Shown: piece by piece, positions 26,032 through 37,835 of the stretch | Position numbering within the stretch: the stretch's first letter is position 1 | Layout: every line of letters begins with the position of its first letter | NCBI GenBank assembly: GCA_051294375.1 | Contig: CM119267.1 | Span: 16,780,606 to 16,844,605 of the forward strand | From: Paraspadella gotoi | Lineage: Eukaryota > Animalia > Chaetognatha | Direction of reading: 5' to 3' | DNA length: 64,000 nucleotides | The notes under the pieces: model-generated | Database searches by the model: none | What the model was told of the DNA's origin: nothing | The model's input: only the letters and a program-made list of their open reading frames with translations | Made by a program: the position numbers and the translations under genes

Positions 26032-26801
26032 TGTACATATATTGTGTTGAACTAAGTTCGGAGAAGTGGCTGTCTTTGAATTCTAACTGACTGGACTAAT
26101 TCTGCGCATTGAAGACCAGATGGAATCGGGTATAAAATGGCGCAGAAGAGACGATGGCGCCGGTCAAGACGCCCTGGAGATGACGACGACAAAGTCTCAG
26201 TAGATGACGTCGGCTAAGGCCGAAAGGACGACGATCTACGAAGCCCAGGACTTAACGAAATGTCTGTAGTAGAAGGAGTGAAGTCTGTAGGGGTAGTAGC
26301 AGAGGAAGTTAGAAGTCCTGGGCAAGGAATAACAAAACATTTATCACAAATCAGCAAATATATATAGGTTTAAAGTGTCTTTCTTACTTGTTTCTGAAGC
26401 CAATAATAAACAAAAATAGAGATGCTTCTCTCATAGAAAAGTCCACCAAACCAGCGATCACACAAAAAATAAGATTCCGAGATATCTAAAGAAGAGTTTC
26501 TATGCTCTAAAAAGAACTAAAACCCAGTGACAACTTTGAGATCTGAAGATGCCACGTGGGTAGAATTCGATTAGAATTTAATCGAAATCTATCGAAATCA
26601 CGGGCACCAATCAGAATCAGCTGTACACTGCCTTCGGAATTCTGTACTTAAGTATAAACAAAAGAAAGAGCCTAAAGATGTCATGTCGATCGCTAGAATG
26701 GAAGCATTTTCGATGCCAGTAACAAAGAACAAAAGAGCATTGGGAGAAAAGATAGAGAAGCTGGATTTCCTCGTTATATTAAAGATAGTTATTTCGTAAC
26801 A
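26032..26801. mobile_element. Possible solo LTR
   Basis: TATA|TGTACA...GTAACA|TATA boundaries, GC-richer than flanks, internal TATAAAA; single copy in window. Confidence 0.35.
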
Positions 26802-26834
26802 TATATGTTAATATAAAACATATATTATATATTA

Positions 26835-27264
26835 TAAGAGTGATGGAGGCCTTAAACCACCAAAGCCTGTCCAAAGTCAGGGGCAAGATAGCTTATTTAT
26901 TAAATGAATGGATAATTTTTATATTGGTTGTACCAATTTCATAAAAATTCAGCTCCTTGAATTTTGATGCTAGTGCGGAGTACAATAAGTATTCCCCGAT
27001 CTAATACTTAAGGGAGTGGTCTTTTCATACAATTGAAACATTCTTTGAAATATTTCCACTTCATTGATAGGGAAGCCAGGTACTCTGGAGTGAATAAACG
27101 AGACTGTGAAAGAGTCTTGATTCAAAGCTTGCAGGGACCTGCTATGTCATTATCTTGTAAGAGTGATGGAGGCTTTAAACCACCAAAGCCTGTCCAAAGT
27201 CAGGGGCAAGATAGCTTATTTATTAAATGATGATAATTTTTATATTGGTTGTACGAATTTCATA
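26835..27264 (+). mobile_element. Tandem (partial + full) copies of a ~323-bp non-coding repeat (family B) with two twister folds
   Basis: 26835-26942 repeats 27158-27264; predicted cuts T26853^A26854 and T27176^A27177, 323 nt apart. Confidence 0.85.
27151..27213 (+). ncRNA. Twister ribozyme-like fold, type P5 (family B)
   Basis: P5 TATCTTG/CAAGATA; gagt-GA-TGG-aggctt-TAA-acc-AC-cAAAg-CCTG-TCCAAAGT-CAGG. Confidence 0.8.
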
Positions 27265-27326
27265 GAATATAAAAATATTTAATGAAAACTATATAATAGT
27301 ATATATGTACATTTTACATATATTTA

Positions 27327-27611
27327 TGTAGTCGGGCATTGCCTAGGTTCACCCCGCCTATAAGCATGACACCTTCAGTCCTGACCCGGTGGCTCATTGA
27401 GTAAAGCCATCAGCTCATGACCACTAGGTACCGGGTTCAATCCCAACCTGGTACCTACCCTGCGGGAAGCGTGAGGACTGCCGTAAGCCGCCTTGGGGGC
27501 GTGGCAACCTCTCAAGCCTGGTTCCAAGCCCAGGACCCGTTCCATAGCTATTAAAGGGGGTTATAGAAGTTACGGATAGTCATCTTCAGCCCACTTAGCG
27601 CCTTGTCCGCA
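27327..27611 (+). mobile_element. Solo LTR (family C) with tRNA-derived A/B boxes and twister fold
   Basis: TTTA|TGTAG...TCCGCA|TTTA; A box TGGCTCATTGAG 27390-27401, B box GGTTCAATCCC 27434-27444 at tRNA-like spacing. Confidence 0.8.
27462..27540 (+). ncRNA. Twister ribozyme-like fold, type P5 (family C)
   Basis: P5 GCGGG/CCCGT; gcgt-GA-GGA-ctgccg-TAA-gcc-GC-[P3 CTTGGGGG/CTCTCAAG]-CCTGG-TTCCAAGC-CCAGG; predicted cut T27484^A27485. Confidence 0.8.
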
Positions 27612-28199
27612 TTTATATATATTTTTATGTACTACTTTCTAAAATTACAAACTTGATTCAATAGTTGACCTTTGAAATGAAAACAATGTTGGACACGAAT
27701 CTGAATTATCTTCATATCTAAGCTTTTCCTCAACTTTTGATGACAACTGCAGCCTCCATCATGCAATGGACAAGTGGCACGGATGAATATCTGTTTGAAT
27801 ATGCATTTTTAGGTTTGTATTTTTTCTATAGAATAGGATATAATTGGATGCTTGGAGTTTATTTTATTAGGATACTAAATATGCAGTATTATGCACTTAT
27901 ATTGCTATATTTGCAGAACCGAATGTGGAACATGGTTTCTTCGTTTACAAAAAAATTAATAATTCGCATATTTTTGTAAACACAAATATTTCCTGTTCAT
28001 GTTATAGTGATGATCATTGGGAAATTCGCAGGTATTTATTCAAAAACAATGTTAAAAATATTGTCAGTAATTTAGAATTGGCGATGTCGCCAGTACTTCC
28101 ACTGGCGACCTCGCCAGTGATAAAAGTAGTGAATATAATGAATGGCGCGAGTTAGAGGAGAGGCTCGCGGCTAATGTTGAGACACGGGAATGAACGCAT

Positions 28200-29220
28200 C
28201 CTCTCCCTACCCTAACCCAGACCTCCCGTTCAACCGTAACCCTAACTGCCTTCGACACATCAACCACGGGCCCCTCCTAAAACCCTAACCCTAAACCAGG
28301 CCTCCCGTTCAACTCCATGCCTCTCCCCCAACCCTATCCCGGGCCTCCCATTAAACCCTAACCCTAACCGCCTTTGACACGTCAACCACGAGTCCTTCCC
28401 CCAACCCTAACCTTAAACCGGGCCTCCTGTTCAACTCCGGGCCTCTCTCCCATCCCTAACCCTAAACCGGGCCGAGGCCTCCTGTACATCTCCATGCCTC
28501 AACCCTATCCCTAATGTCCCTCTCCAGTACCTTCCCTAATCCTAACGCGAGCCTCCTGTTCATCAACAACACCTTCCCTACCCCTAACCCTAAAATTGAC
28601 ATTAACATTAACCCTAAAATAAACTTAACTTAACGCAACTCTAACCCTAACCCTAAACTACTCAACTACTTAACTAGTTCACAGCTAAATCGCCAAATGT
28701 TGAGAAACAAGGATGACCGCATCACCCAAGGGCTCCTCCCCCAACTCTCACCCTAACCCGGGCCTCCTGTACATCTCCGTGCCTCAATTCTAACCCTAAC
28801 TGCCTTTGACGAGTCAAGCACGGGCCCCTCCCTCAACCCTAACCTGGGCCTCCAGTTCAACTCCATGCCTCTCCCCTAACCCTAACCCAGGCTTGGGCCT
28901 CCCGTACATCTCCATGCCTAAACCCTAACCGCTTTTGACAATTCACCCACGGGCCTCTCTCCCAACCCGAACCCTAAACCGGGACTCCCATTCAAATCCA
29001 TGCCTCTCTCCCAACCCTAACTCGAGCCCGGGCCTCCCATACATCTCCGTGACTCAACCCTAACCCAAAACCGGGGCTCCCGTTCAACTCCGTGCCTCTC
29101 TCCCAATCCTAACCCTAACCGGGGCCCAGGCCTCCCGTACATCTCCGTGCCTCAACCCTAATCAGTAATGTCCCTCGCCAGTACCTTCCCTAACCCTAAC
29201 CCTAATGCGGGCCTCCTGTT
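28200..29220 (+). repeat. Complex minisatellite interspersed with TAACCC units
   Basis: Recurring GGCCTCCCGTTCAACTCCATGCCTCTC / CCCTAACCCTAA modules. Confidence 0.85.
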
Positions 29221-29271
29221 CAATAATATAAAATAGCTTCCATGCGTTTAACTATAAGATAAATCTTAATT

Positions 29272-30025
29272 TTTAGTCGGATTCACTTTGTCCGCCCCCT
29301 CAATCTTGTCAGGCATTCACTTATTTCATGTCAGAACATTGAATTATGATAAATTAAGAAAAAACAACGATGTCCGTCCATCCGTCGGTCTGTCTGTCCG
29401 TCTGTCCGTCCCACCTTAGCAAAAATCTCAAATTGCTCGTGATTGGATGGATGGATTGGAATGAAATTTTGTGTGTGGGTAGGCAGTGTGTGATTGAGCT
29501 GGAAATGAAGTTTCGATGGAATCGTGCGAGTGGAAATGAGTTTAATTGGAAAAAACAAAAAACCTGTTTCACTAATTGATTTTGCTTCTTTTTTTATATT
29601 AAATGTAAATGCAAGATGTATTAATTAATCAAATAATTAATCAGTTAATTAATCAATTAGTCAATTAATTAATAAATAATTAAATAATTGGTTAATTAAT
29701 CAATTAATTATTTAATCATTCAATTTATTTAGTTATCTATTAATTAATTATTTCAATTAATCGATTTATTTATAAGTTAATTAATTATTTAATCATTCAA
29801 TCAATAAATCAAGTCAATCGTTATTGGCATTAATGTCATTGTCGCCATCATCGTCGTCGATGCTTTTGTCGTGTCAGTGACGAAAAAAACTAAAAACAAA
29901 CATTTCAGATCAAATTAATTAATTAATTTAAATATATAAACTAAAATAGTTTATATAGTTTATATTAATTATTTAATTACCGCTAATGATCGTGGGCAGA
30001 TCCGACATTTTTTGCTCAAACTTGT
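29272..30025 (+). mobile_element. DINE-1/Helentron-like (HINE) element
   Basis: Reverse complement of 17008-17757; ends GCAGATCCGACATTTTTTGCTCAAACTTG. Confidence 0.75.
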
Positions 30026-30065
30026 TTTTATTTTCACGATCTTTAATAAACACATTAACAATATT

Positions 30066-30318
30066 TATACCGGACTTCTGTTAGTTTGTAACCTGTTCTG
30101 CCTTAATAAGCATGTAAACTTCAGTCGTGACCCGGTAATACTATAAGCTTATGACCATTAAGTATCGATCAATCCCCAATGGGATGCGTGTGGACGGCCG
30201 TAAACTGCCTTGGGGGCCTGGAAAACCTTCACGCCTGGTTCCAAGTCCAGGACCCGCTGCTGAAGGGTCACAGAAGATACAGATAGTAGTCTTCAGCCCA
30301 CTTTACACCTTATCCACA
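30066..30318 (+). mobile_element. Older degraded solo LTR of family C
   Basis: Colinear with 27327-27611; keeps GGA-CGGCCG-TAA-act-GC...CCTGG-TTCCAAGT-CCAGG-ACCCG; ends TCCACA; left boundary approximate. Confidence 0.75.
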
Positions 30319-31828
30319 ACTTGTCAACAACTTCACCGCTCCAATTCTTTTAAAAAAAGTTGATTGTAACAATTAAAACTGTGTTTTCTCTAAATTCGAA
30401 ACCCAATCCCAAGGAAAAGATTTAAAAATTATTCCTCATATATATTGACAAAATATATCAAATAAATAAGAATGGCAGTAACATGTTAACGGTTACGCAA
30501 AAATATTGTAAAACAATATGCCATGACAAAAATTTGTTTACAATCGTGGAAAAGATGACATGTTTTTTTCATTTTTTTTTTTAAACTTTTGTTTGTTACC
30601 AATTTATTTAAATACTAAAAGAAAACAACTCTTGCAGAATCGAGCGACGTTATTGCACTTGGCGGATCGAAGATTCCATGATCGGTAACATTGTTTCAAT
30701 TGTCGCCTCAACGCTCAGCTTGACTAAATTTGCCGCAATTAACAGAACCAAATTCATTTCCAACAAAGCTCCATCAAATTATATTCAGTGCATTTCTAAG
30801 GCCTTTGTGCTTATAATTTTAAATTTCTGGGTGTGCCCAAGGGGTCTACGGAATGTCACTCTGCTTATACCTCATATATGTCAGCAGTTTGTTGAACTGC
30901 TTGTCGCTTGTATTCATCACCCCAACTGCCCTGCTACGAGTCTTCAGCTTGAGTGATATAAGTAGGCTTCTTCAAAAATTAATGAAAAAAACACCGAACT
31001 ATAATTTGGCGACCGACAACGAAATATTTTTCTTAATCATGACTGTGCTTTGGAATGTATGGATTTTTTCATTTTTTTGCCTTCTGCAAAAAAACATCAT
31101 TCTGAGCAGACTTAACAATCCCATAATAAGCGTAGATAAAGGTTTGATTAATTTTTAAACTTATCGTTGGCTGTTAAGGGAGAGATGAAGTTAAAAATTA
31201 GGTCAAATGATAAGCGTTCCTTTTTCACTACTGAAGTTTATTAAATTTACAGTGTGTCCCAATGGTACTGTCGGTTAATAAAAGCTTACTACTCCTATAC
31301 TAGATCGAAAAACTTGAATTTATTATCATGAATAAGCGCACAAGTATAGACCATTTCATAGGATATCTAAATTTTAAAAATTGAACAAAGCAAACACCTT
31401 TAGTGATTACATAAAGTAATTGGCAAAAAAAATTTTCAAGATTTTTAAAAGAAATTTTATTAAATAATATATTTTTTAATATCTAATTCTTATTTTTATA
31501 GTATTTATTAAATATTTTTTTAAATCGTTTCCTTAGATGCAGGAAAGTAAGAAACACCCTCATATTGTTAGAGAGAGAGCTTTTATAATGCAATATTTCA
31601 TTCTTTTTAAAATTATCTACTTCCCTTGTTAATATTACTTTTTTAATTGATTTAATAATAACTTATTGAATAAATAGCAAGATTCAATTGCTCAAAACTT
31701 GAAATAATAAAATTTATACATAAAAATATGAGCATATTTTTATTAATGATAGCCAGGTACTCTGGGAGTGGATAAACGAGACTGTGAGAGAGTCTTGATT
31801 GAAAGCTTGCAGGGACTTGCTATGTCAT

Positions 31829-31891
31829 TATCTTGTAAGAGTGATGGAGGCCTTAAACCACCAAAGCCTGTCCAAAGTCAGGGGCAAGATA
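31829..31891 (+). ncRNA. Intact twister-like fold, type P5, in a partial family B copy (31746-31908)
   Basis: TATCTTG-taa-gagt-GA-TGG-AGGCCT-TAA-acc-AC-cAAAg-CCTG-TCCAAAGT-CAGG-gg-CAAGATA; predicted cut T31854^A31855. Confidence 0.85.
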
Positions 31892-32292
31892 GCTTATTTA
31901 TTAAATGATAATACATGATCACTTTATCACTACTCATGATAACAACTGTTTTTACTTAATCATCAACAATGTAATGAGTACATTAAATCATAATGCCAAA
32001 AACTCACTTATAATCTCATGTATTAATCCGATAAACAACAATTAATTCGATTCATGTGACATGCTTTCCCTGCGACGTCAGAAGCCAAGAAACTTGTCTT
32101 AACATCTTAGTGCCTTGCCACTACAGTTGTCACTCACTCCGTCACGCTGTAGTGCAACTCCTGCTCAAGCCACATCATTTAAAAATATTTTTATATGCAA
32201 TTTTTTTAATACATTTCATTTAAAAATATGAAATATAATTTGACGAAATAACATTTTTTTTAGTTTTTCACAACGAATTTTGTTTTTATAAT

Positions 32293-32335
32293 AGCAGACA
32301 TGTTTCGAACGTGCATTTCGTTCTTCATCAGTGCT
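32293..32335 (-). ncRNA. Minimal type I hammerhead in a Penelope-like 3' end (32240-32570)
   Basis: Minus strand AGCA-CTGATGA-A-GAACG-aaatgca-CGTTC-GAAA-CATG-TC-TGCT; 4-bp helix I. Confidence 0.88.
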
Positions 32336-32374
32336 TTAACTGAATTACATAAAATTTGGTAGTTTAAAGTTGGT

Positions 32375-32472
<98 letters not shown>

Positions 32473-32993
32473 CAAAGGTTTAAAGCTTCCAATAAAGGAT
32501 TGAGGGAAAGGCAACATTAGAGGGTGAGGACAGCTGAAGTTTTAGCTCAGATTGAGGGATACAGAAGGAAAAAGAAAATGAAAATTAGGTGATAGATAAT
32601 ACAAAATATAATTTAAAAAATTAAAAAAGTGAAAAACTTGAAAAGAAAAATTGAAAAAAAATGAATTCGAAATACAGTATCATAAATAGTAAGAATTTAT
32701 CTTTGACATTGTTATCACAGAAATAAGAACACAGTTCCGCACAATATGTAAAAGTTTACCGACAGTACCATTGGGACACACGGTATAAAGCTGTGAAAAA
32801 AGTAGGGATTCTCAAATAATAAATCGGGTCTCTTTTCCAAAAGCGCATCATTAACTTCATCTCATATTATGCATTATAGTCTAGTTAGATCACAAGGACC
32901 AGGAATTTTAAGTGTTTAAATGCTGTGATTTCTTTTTCTAATCAATTAGAGGGTATATTCTATGAACGAGGAAATCACATCGGACATCTCTCT

Positions 32994-33530
32994 TTTTAGT
33001 CGGATCTGCTTATCAGCAGATCCCGACTCTATAATTCACTTTGTCGGTCAGTTGGTCCGCCCCTTCAATCTTGTCAGGAATTAACTTATTTCATGTCAGA
33101 ACACCGAATTTTGATAAATTAGGCAAAAAATTATGTCGGTCCGTCCGTCCGTCGGTGCGTCCGTCCGTCGGTCCGTCCGTCCGTCGGTCCGTCCGTCCGT
33201 CGGTCCGTCCATCCGTCCGTCCGTCCGACCCACTTTAACAAAAAACTCTAATCACTCGTGATTGGATGTTTGGATTGGAATGAATTTTTGTGTGTGATTG
33301 AGCTGGATATAAAGTTTTGTTGGAATCGTACCAGTTTAAATGAGTTTAAATGGAAAAAGCAAAAGTCATATTTACCTATATTAACTCATAATTATTATCT
33401 TTATTAAAAATTAGATAGATAAATTGAATTTAAATTTTGTGTGTGGGTTGGAAAGTATGCAATTAAGCTGGAAATAATTTTTTGATGGAATCGTAGGAGT
33501 GGAAAAGAATTTAAATTAGAAAACCAAAAG
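32994..33530 (+). mobile_element. 5' part of a DINE-1/Helentron-like element
   Basis: TTTTAGTCGGATCTGCTTATCAGCAGATCCCGACT hairpin followed by a long (CCGT)n tract. Confidence 0.75.
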
Positions 33531-33537
33531 ACACAAT

Positions 33538-34375
33538 AGTTGACCAAATTATACCAGTTGACCAAATTATTCAAGTGACTAAATTCTTCAAGTTGACCAA
33601 ATTATACCAGTTGATAAGATTATGTCAGTTTGTTAGAAGAAGATTGATATAGGACTCACACTCAAACACGTACTTTCTATAATAATAGACACGATGCTTA
33701 CAGGGCTGAAAGGGAAACAATAATAGAATAGGCACAAATCAAATAAACAATGATTAATAATAATGTGCATCGGTGAGTTTAAAGTCTTTGAGATTGTTCA
33801 CAATATTGTTAACCAAATTATGCCAGTTGAGCAAATTATGCCAGTTGAGCAAATGATGCCAGTTGAGCAAGTAATGTCAACACTGCCTGGTAGACCAAAT
33901 TATGTCAGTTGACCAAATTATTTCAGTTGGCCAATTTAAGCAAGTTCTCCAAATTATTACAGTTGACCAAATTATGCAGGTTGACCAAATTATGCCATTG
34001 ATCAAATTATGCCAGTTGAGCAAATTATGCCAGTTAATAAAATTATGCCAGCTGACCAAATTATGCCGGTTATACAAATTATGCCAGTTGAGCAAATCAT
34101 GCCAGTTGAGGAAATTATGCCAGTTGACCAAATTATGTCAGTTGACCAATTNNNNNNNNNNNNNNNNNNNNNNNNNTTTAAGCGAGTTAGTCCAAATTAT
34201 GTAAATTGCCAGTTGACCAATTATTCAGTTGACCTTAATGCAATCGTTGACCAAAATTATGCCAGTTGCAATCTTACCAAATTATGCCAGTTGAGCAAAT
34301 TATGCCAGTTGACCAAATTACGTCAATTGACACAATTATGCCAGTTGATGAAATTATGCCAGTTGACAAATTATT
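33538..34375 (+). repeat. 18-bp minisatellite (GTTGACCAAATTATGCCA)n
   Basis: Dozens of degenerate units, interrupted at ~33630-33805 and by a gap; more at 36048-36150. Confidence 0.9.
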
Positions 34376-36450
34376 AGTCAGGCAACCTTTTTATACGACA
34401 GGTTGGAATATCTTTACAAAACCTTGGGAATATTACCTTGGTACGCAAATAAGAGATTTGAAATAGAAAGTTTGTAATAAAAATTGGGTTACTCCAATAT
34501 GCAAATGAGATTACGTTTTACCAGTAATATTTTAATTTAATAAAAATTTATTAATCTTATAAAAGAATTTAAATAAATATTATAAATCAAATTAAAATGT
34601 TAGTATTTTATAGTTTGATCAGCAGATAGGATAAAAAAATAATATTAAGCAATAAAAAGCACATAAAAATACTATTAAAATGAAAGTTTCTTGTAACTTA
34701 ATCTTGAAAGATAGTGAAACAGTGAAGCAATGACAAAAAGCCATTGAGACATAGAGAATACAGTTTATTCAGTTTTTTGTTTTGCTCACAAACCATTTTG
34801 GTACTATTTACTTAAACATATCAAAAGACTTTAATAGCAAGGATTTTTCCAGATGCTTTTCTTTCCAGCACTTCCTCTTCACTTAACTTTAAGTAATGAT
34901 TTTAAAGACTAAAAGAATTAATGGTTGTTTTTGTTTTTCTTTTGATTCTTTGTCATAGGAGTTATTATCTTTGTTTGTTTGCTTTAAAAAAGATAACAAA
35001 ATTTGAAAAAAAAGGAAAAAAAGAACTTGCGGCCTTTGTCTTACCTGCAAAAAGAATAAAAATGTTGATTCCTCAAGAATAAAAAAATACTTTTATGTAG
35101 GGTGATGGCAACAAGAAACTGTTATTATCTTGTACCACATCTCTCTCTTTTGAAAAATAAGAAATTAGTTTTCGTCAAAAAAAGTCAATGACTTCCCTAT
35201 TAAAAATGTTTATAATATGAAATTGGCAGAACATAGAATAGAATATCATAGCATAGCATAGAATAACTCTAGGGATAGGTTTCAAACATTTTTAACCTAA
35301 ATCAAATTAAAATTAGTAACAAAACTATATAAAAAACAATTAGTCAGAAAAAAAGTATCATCAACTTAACCTCCAAAAATCATTTTTTTTCGTAATTCAA
35401 GTTTTCAGACTGACTTTAAAGTATTGCTGTATTCTACTGCCTCAACCCAGGGGCAGCTATATACGGTCATACGGTTTTTCTTCTTTTCTGTCTTTCTTTT
35501 TTTCTCCCTTCTCAGTGCTCCTCACATCTGGCCGCCCCTGCCTGAACCAATTAATTTTCTTCTTGCATTCGATTATTCGATTATCTCGATTATTAAAAAA
35601 GCTATATTTTTTTTAAATATTTTTTTAAAATTAAAAAAGAAATAGTTGTTGTACCAATTTCATAATAAAAATGAATAAAATAAAAAAAATAATACAAATA
35701 ATACAAATTTGTAAAAATCCGATAGCCATGTAAATATTATTAGATAAATTAGCTTTTTAAAATATTTTTTATTATACAGTTTACATAAACAACATCAAAA
35801 CAATTAAAACATAAATTTATTAATTGTTTTTTTAAAAATAAGTTTATTAAATTGTTTAGGCTCTTTTATGGCTTATATTCAACCTTATCATGACGCATTA
35901 GTCTCATTTGCATATTCAAGTCACTCGATTTTTATTACTAACGTTTTGAGCATACTCGACCCACCGGCTGTGTATCTAATTTCTGTTAAATATGGTTCTG
36001 ATCATATTTTGAAAGTTTTTTGAAAATCTGAATCTAGATTCAGGCACTAAAATTATGCCAGTTTACCTCATTTGGCAAGTTGACCAAATTATGCAAGTTT
36101 AAAAAATTATGTCAGTTGACCAAATTATGCCAGTTGACCAAATAATGCAAAATTATCGTTATTTCTCATTGATTAGCTTATTAACGCTTAATTATCATAG
36201 GCAGTTCCGTCATTGTTTTCTCAAACTTGTTAATATGGTCAAATTAAAGTTAAATTCATATAAGTAAAGATTATTTTAATAGGGGGAATAGTATGAAATC
36301 AAAACTCAGGAATTCAATGGGTAGAGATATTAATAAATTTCACTTTCTCGTTAATGCACAAATGAATTCTTTTTAAGTATGTTTAACAGTAAGCTGATCA
36401 AAGGCAAAGAGCAAATTATTATGTTGAGTTTTATTTCTTTTTTTTTACAG

Positions 36451-37835
36451 AAGACGATTACATTCCTTGGGGTCTGGCCAATCTGTATACTAATCAAACT
36501 CCTCAAATTACAGTATATCTGGATTTAGATAGTAATGGCTACATAAAATATAAAAAATTTAATGTTGAAGGAAAGGTCTTTGGTAAAACAAAATGGTCTT
36601 CTTTCAGTTATTTAAACCAAAAGCACATTGTTGAAACCTTAGATGATGAAAGTTCTGAATTGCGCAAGTTTCAAAGTATAAGACTGGGCAACTACAAAAT
36701 TCTGAATCCTGGATATGACATAAAGCTACTCCTGGTTTTTCTGGATATTTTTCTTGGCTTTTGCTATATCCTTGTATTTGGAATTTTAAAAAAGGCTTTG
36801 ATAAAATTAATGAAATCTTTGATACCAATGATAATTACCGCTATAATGATTTATTTGAATATTTTCTTTTTCGTTGTTCACATTAATATAAATCTTTTAG
36901 GCAGTTTTGAGGTGTCCAATAAATACTTAACATTTTTACTGATGAAAAATCACAGGCGTCTATATTTTAACAATGCTGAATGGAGAGATAAGCAATATCA
37001 TTCTTTAATGACTCTTACAAAATTTTCAAACATTTTGGCAAATTACTGGATTGTTGCAGCAACAACTGCATTTATCATAATTTTTCAGACTGTAGGCACA
37101 AAAAAGCATGACCACCGAATATTCTTAGTTTTTATGGGAGCTCTATCTATTTCTCTTCCGGTTGCATTGATTTCTTGGTGGAATCGGTTGGACCAAACCG
37201 CTTTTGATGGCTTTGAAGACATTTGCTCAAAATCATATGTTCAGTTCAGTTCAGATTTTAGTTTGATTAAAGTATATAGGCCTTTATTTACTAGATTGAT
37301 GACCTATTTATTTTTCAAGGAAAACTTTTTCTTTTTCACTTTGCTTTCATTTCTGCCTATGTTGAAGGTTGTGCTTTTTACTTTAACAGCTCTTTCTTCA
37401 CGCACAAAGGGAAAGGTTGCCAAGTTCATGGCGGGATCCTTGATCACGTTGATGGTGATTCCTGTTTATTTCTACACACGAAAAGACGAACAAACCAAAT
37501 TGACGCAGAGCCTCATTACAGAAAACGTTCATCTGCAAAAGCATTTGTTATTTTTTAACCGAATTCAAAACATACATAGCACCAATAACAGAGGATGTGA
37601 ACATTTAGTTCCATCTTTCACGTCAATTATGTCATTTTTCGCCATTTTATCGGATTGTTATGGATCTAAATTATACAATTTGACCAATGAGCGTATGGAG
37701 GCAATATGGAATAACTTTGAAGAAGTCAAGGATGCAACTAAAAGGGGAATCAATCTTCTATTTTCAAGCAACTCAGGATTCTGGCATTTCTTGTTGTTAA
37801 TATTTCCAGCCGCCTGGGTGCTGCTTAATTTTTGA
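36451..37835 (+). CDS. Terminal exon of the XK-related gene (uninterrupted, multiple TM segments)
   Basis: Acceptor TTTTTTACAG at 36441-36450; open frame to TGA at 37833-37835 (includes the 391-aa ORF); phase 1 matches the donor after 31141. Confidence 0.8.

Larger units (their letters stand above)
31250..32783. mobile_element. Tc1/mariner-type MITE with nested insertions
   Basis: TA|CAGTGTGTCCCAATGGTACTGTCGGT...ACCGACAGTACCATTGGGACACACGG|TA (26-bp TIR, 1 mismatch). Confidence 0.9.
25214..37835 (+). pseudogene. XK-related (Xkr) multi-pass membrane protein gene, 7 exons, disrupted in this assembly
   Basis: Phase-compatible GT-AG exons 25214-25458, 25553-25563, 25625-25716, 27665-27812, 27917-28031, 30638-31141, 36451-37835 (2500 nt). 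XK-like motifs VDVGTDxxVAxxY, LHLVGLG, (*)AFPQL, SIVASTLSL. In-frame TAA at 27719-27721 and a frameshift near 30815-30850. Confidence 0.75.

Noticed and set aside
26198-26240. Hairpin with ATGA...GAAA resembling a hammerhead
   Set aside because: CUGANGA core is absent.
33538-34375. CRISPR-like array
   Set aside because: Head-to-tail units without unique spacers, eukaryotic context, no cas genes.
34392-35975. Imperfect inverted similarity (AATATGCAAATGAGA / TCTCATTTGCATATT) suggesting an old TIR element
   Set aside because: Termini and TSD could not be defined by eye.
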